Source: Phoronis australis
Lineage: Eukaryota; Animalia; Phoronida
Length of the DNA stretch: 64,000 nt
Direction: 5' to 3'
Assembly: GCA_002633005.1 (NCBI GenBank)
Contig: NMRA01000023.1
Span: forward strand, 829,339 to 893,338
Shown here: positions 60,301 through 64,000 of the stretch, piece after piece
How positions within the stretch are numbered: the stretch's first letter is position 1
Layout: every line of letters starts with the position of its first letter
The notes under the pieces: model-generated
Told to the model about the DNA's origin: nothing
What the model saw: the letters and a program-made list of their open reading frames with translations, nothing else
The model's database searches: none
Position numbers and translations under genes: made by a program

Positions 60301-61996
60301 GCACACCTTTACAATGTAGCATCTCGTTTCGCAGCTGCAGTTGGCACTATGCCCCCTGAGGTTACCATGTCCATTCAAAAGACTTACAGCATGCACAACT
60401 AAATTTGTTCCGTTCATCATGGACTACTTCAAACCTTGACGATGTATCCCAGGACCCATTTGCATCTCTTGCAATTTTCGAAATAAACGTCCCGACCAAT
60501 GTGTGAACGCTTGAAACCCGAAGTACTAACATCAAATAAATGCCCATGGGCATGGGCGTTTCGTCGGGTGGGCCTTTCTGCGGAAATTCCCAGTATAGAA
60601 AACCTCAGTGGTGCTTATTTCACGTAGAAAGACGGTAGGTGTTGAGGTCGGCACTAGGGCTCCATAGAAGGCCCATTGAGCATCGCACTTTGTTGTGAAA
60701 ATACAGCCTCCCCGCAATTTCTGGTATTGTGCACTGTTCGCGAATGCGGTCACTTTGTTAATGTGAGGGCCCCCTTGGTCATTCGTTGTATAGTCATAAC
60801 TTGTTAGAGTGCCACGATCTTCAAACTCGCGACCAGACCACGGCGCCCGCCACAATAGCAATTCTTTGGAAAACGAGTTTTTTTTCAAAAGTATTACATG
60901 TACATGTACACTGTATGATATTGCGCAAGACAACTTTACAATACACCAGTCAAATTCGAGTTACAAACGAGTGGGGTGTAATAGGATGACACGGCATGAC
61001 AGATGAGGTAAAAACGTTGCCCATCAATTCGCCTGAATATCAGGGTTGCGGCACCACAGTATTTCCCCTAATCAAATCAAAACATATCTTAGAGTAAAGA
61101 AAGTATTTACCTAAAGAAATCAGCTATAGAGCTGCTTTTTCAGCGGTGGATCCATCTAAAATGCTTGGCTACTTCAGAAGTGTCGTCGGAAGCGCGCGCA
61201 CAATTGATCTCCGGGGTTTTGCCGATGAGCCACGAAGACTCGAAACGCGTTGATTTTCATAACAGTAATTCACAATGCAAAAATATATTTTCAGAGTGAA
61301 CCCCCCCCCCTCATTTTTTCCAAGTTGGTTTACTCGGGGTTTACACACGCTGGCGGTGCCGTTTTTGTTTTGCTGGAGACGTTTTGTTTTTAATTTTTGG
61401 ATCCTGGCCCGAGGGGGGGGGTTAAACCCCCTGAACCCCCCCGTAGATCCGCCACTGCCCGCAGACACGAAACACTTCGAGGGATAATTTGAGGCTATGG
61501 GAATACAACATGCTACCCTGATGAAACTACATGTATGGTATGGTTTGCAGAAGTTCGAATCTATGGATCATCAAGTGCGCGAACCTCAATTGAAAAAGTT
61601 ACCTGCATAACTTACACAGCCACACAATCTGTGAACAGACTCAAATTAATGTCAAGAGGAGGTCGCATTGCAGTCACCCAAATATCAAAATTAATTTTGA
61701 ACAATATTCAATATTGAATGTTAAAATAAATGTATTTTCAGATGCCAAAGATGAGTTCAATATTGAGAAGGGGACCATCACGTTTGGTGCTAAATACGAC
61801 ATAACAAGCGTTATGCAGTACGGACCAAAGGCGTGGAGCAAGAATGGAAAATACACCATAACTCCTAAGAATGGTTCGCCGTCTGATTTCGGTCCAAGGG
61901 AATCGCTGAGCAACACGGACATATTTAAAATCCAAGCCATGTACAAGTGTAAAAATACTGGTGGCGGATCGTGGACGACACCTCAGCCTGGGAAAG
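48394..61996 (+). CDS. Secreted astacin-family (M12A) zinc metalloendopeptidase, 3' end incomplete
   Basis: Exons 48394-48468 (signal peptide MKPTIALFFLTVFARSLGA), 48685-48735, 48860-48875, 49346-49381, 49750-49781 (YQGDM, the FxGDI-type prodomain motif), 50273-50348 (KR/NGEASSRYRWPNGVVPY), 51458-51581, 51836-52014 or its duplicate 52309-52487 (HEMMHALGFYHEQAREDRD zinc motif), and 61742-61996 (YDITSVMQY Met-turn, ...IQAMYKC). All GT-AG and in phase, 281 codons. The last exon ends in a phase-1 donor, so the gene continues. Confidence 0.95.
51580..52519 (+). repeat. 473-bp-offset tandem duplication of the astacin catalytic exon across a single N (probable uncollapsed haplotypes)
   Basis: 51580-52046 vs 52053-52519 differ by a handful of substitutions (one K/T change, one synonymous, the rest intronic); N at 52052 marks the junction. 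Confidence 0.9.
52810..53000. repeat. Minisatellite, ~16-20 bp unit TGTGTCCCGGGTTCTA
   Basis: Roughly ten degenerate units are visible. Confidence 0.85.
53102..54235 (+). mobile_element. Kolobok-like element, copy 3, 3'-truncated, in the long astacin intron
   Basis: TTAA (53098-53101) then AGGAGAATGCTACCC; colinear with 23337-25140 minus the nested MITE; similarity stops at ...AAAAATCAC. Confidence 0.9.
55673..56606 (+). repeat. Second tandem duplication across a single N (probable uncollapsed haplotypes)
   Basis: 55673-56098 vs 56175-56606 are nearly identical; N at 56099 is followed by 75 bp of unshared sequence. Confidence 0.9.
57315..57830 (-). mobile_element. 5'-truncated LINE (CR1/L2-group) ORF2 3' end
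   Basis: INNWNSLPASVKESNSFTSIKNNFK followed by YRSRCGLFLNSD...SPNCKCGN...HVFF...LLLNGSPNL...NVNKF, the typical WNSLP plus Cys/His C-terminal region of CR1/L2-type ORF2. Confidence 0.8.
58755..61457 (-). mobile_element. Internally deleted hAT transposon (2.7 kb) with 6-bp TSD, in the astacin intron
   Basis: Perfect 15-bp TIR CAGTGGCGGATCTAC / GTAGATCCGCCACTG; CCCGCA at 58749-54 and 61458-63; spliced transposase remnant inside. Confidence 0.9.
59820..60480 (-). pseudogene. hAT transposase remnant (P52rIPK/THAP12-like), with a retained GT-AG intron
   Basis: IVKVCKLIDATVDKVQALGTNVEDVWVEWF*DKQTIGSDIQIPRQSRQQEERTNVPGETP [intron 60133-59894] SEYYRTVRKPFLDNLSQQLTTR matches the PR..RQ..R.NVP...EYYR....PFLD...L..RF motif. 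Confidence 0.8.
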
Positions 61997-62869
61997 GTAT
62001 GCCTTCGAATGTGCCGTTTAGCAGTGCTGTACGCCTACATAAATGTATACATTGCTGACTATGCCTAGTGCACCAATACTTGATATCCACTGCCGCGATC
62101 GTCTCATCTCGGGGCCCATCACTCGTGAACTATTGACCACTGCATCAACCAGACTTCAAAGCTGATATACGTACACCTTTCACAGCTTTTCCCATTTTCT
62201 TTTTAAAGAGGCCTGGAACGCGATAACCAGACTAATTGCCCATTAAAACGGTTCTCTTTTACTGAATCGGATCTCAACGTGCTCACCAGGCACTTTTAGG
62301 GATTTTTTTGTAAAGATTTTTAATTTCTGTTGATTCCAAAGCATTTCGTTTAGTTTCAAATTTCAAAAAAACGATCTGTCAGCTCCTCATCACTTCCGTC
62401 AATTTTTCTCCCACAATGCAAAGCACGTCCACTCGTTTGGTACGGCAAGACATACATGTAGTACATTTCCCTGATATGTAAAACGTGACCTTTGACTTAA
62501 AGCAACTGACTGTGAGCGCATGCGCGGATTTATTATGAGTGGGAGGGAGATTAGAAACTCTGTACTAACCACAAAGTTTTTTCTTCGACCGTATTTCAAA
62601 ACTTGTGAATTTTGTGATTTTTCTTGACATTTCCTCACAGGAGAAAGTGAATTACTCTGTACTAGACGTTGCGTGATGGTACTTTCGTCTGGAATTGTTT
62701 AAAACGTATTTTGGCGAGCTTTCGCGCTCCATGCCTCAACATTATCAAGAAAACGTTAAGGAAACGAACAAAACGTCGCATCATTTTCCGATCGTGAAAT
62801 GTTTTTTACAGATCTGTACAACACTCAAACTTCAGAATAAGAATACGGTTGATTAGCTCAGTGATGGGT

Positions 62870-63350
62870 AAAATGCGTGCAGGTCTGGTTCTCTTCTTCT
62901 CTTCTTCTGGGTACAGAAAGTCGTCCCGCTGTGAACATGCTCCGTCATCGTGTCAGCACATGTTCGGAGTCGCCTTCTCCTAAACTGGTTGCCTTCTAAG
63001 GCTGATGAGCCCAGTCTGTCAGATTTTAATGTCCGATTTGTCCTTCTCATAGGTGACAGGAACAATGTTTTTACAGGGTAAGGGAGTTGGCCTTACCCTC
63101 AACCCTAGAATGACTTTAGGGAGTGTTTGGGGTGCATTTCGTCTCATCTCCACCTTACGAACTGCCCGGCATGGATAGCCCTGCCAGGAGTTTTTAAACT
63201 CACGCCGGTAAAGCTATAAAAGTGACGGAGGTTCACAAGCTGTACCGACACGACAAGGCATACATGTACACCCCAGGAACAGACTTCGCCCAAAAGACCA
63301 GACTAAACTACATGGCTGGAAATGCTGAAGAAGAAGAAGAAGAAGTAAAA
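62870..63350 (+). mobile_element. Possible RTE-related SINE or non-autonomous retroelement with (GAA)n tail
   Basis: Blocks GCCTTCTCCTAAACTGGTTGCC...GAGCCCAGTCTG and CCGGCATGGATAGCCCTGCCAGGAG...CACGACAAGG recall RTE 5' UTR sequence; (GAA)n at ~63327-63345; AGCTCAG(T/C)GAT on both flanks may be a decayed TSD. Confidence 0.45.
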
Positions 63351-63975
63351 GAAGCTCAGCGATTAGGTTTACTACAGTAAACATTTAAAAATACCTGGAT
63401 TTTCCGTGGTTAAGCTCACCCGATGAAACGCTCATGGCCGTTTATTCGGAAAATTATACCGAATAAACGCCGGTGAGAGTTTTTTGATGTTACAACTTCT
63501 GGTGTCAAGTGTCCAGATAGTGGGGCGTGTATTAGGAAAAGTTGCTCATAAAGGCCTTTTCAGCGTCAACTTTTAGTCACGAATTCAGTTTTGTGGAGCA
63601 CTGATTATTTATAAAAACGACCAGTGTTGGCGAACTATACATTTATTAACACAAAATTTAAAACACGGTTTAAGTAAAAAATTCAAAATCACTACACCTC
63701 TTAATCTAGGCCTACGTGTATTTAGATCACGTTGGCATTTGCGTAACCAAAACTATGATCTTCCGTGTAAAAGCTTCCTTTTCCGAATAAACGCCCGGAT
63801 GTTTATTTGGTGTTACTAAAACGCCTGAAAATTTTCATTTTCCGAAAAATACGCCCATATGGGCTTACCTACAGAAAATTCCCGGTAGACATAGACGTCA
63901 AAGGGTTGATGGCAATTATACCTACGTATTGTTAGTAAAACTGTTAAAAAACTGATATTAACATTCTTGTTACAG

Positions 63976-64000
63976 TTTCGAATATTAAAACAAGAGGCGG
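63976..64000 (+). CDS. Possible next astacin exon (VSNIKTRG...), cut by the window edge
   Basis: Acceptor TTCTTGTTACAG; open in the phase-1 frame required by the donor at 61996. Confidence 0.4.

Noticed and set aside
59950-60402. 150-aa plus-strand ORF
   Set aside because: Antisense shadow of the minus-strand hAT transposase remnant.
62850-62895. tRNA gene suggested by TAGCTCAGTG
   Set aside because: No B-box/T-arm or cloverleaf follows.

Overview
Eukaryotic (animal, probably marine invertebrate) genomic DNA: intron-rich, AT-rich and dense in DNA transposons, with no prokaryotic features. Three spliced genes were reconstructed by hand from GT-AG boundaries and reading-phase continuity. (1) A minus-strand 116-aa PDZ-only protein of the ALP/Enigma (PDLIM/Zasp) type, 12134-20250. 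(2) A complete minus-strand YIPF3, 10 exons, 341 aa, 29982-41499. (3) A divergently transcribed plus-strand secreted astacin (M12A) metalloprotease whose prodomain is built from micro-exons, 48394 to beyond 61996. Around them lie nested elements, several with their empty insertion sites also present in the window: Kolobok-like (TTAA, THAP remnant, 3 copies), ISL2EU-like (AT TSD, YqaJ remnant, 2 inverted copies flanking YIPF3 exon 1), hAT-like with 5-6 bp TSDs, foldback MITEs, a LINE 3' end and a possible RTE-related SINE. The most striking signal is the octamer TACATGTA, found at more than 40 loci. Five paired repeat copies differ by exactly TA versus TACATGTA, which looks like a Tc1/mariner-type excision footprint being written into the genome. 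Two tandem duplications next to single Ns, one including the astacin catalytic exon, are most likely uncollapsed haplotypes. All family assignments are from motif recognition, not database searches.
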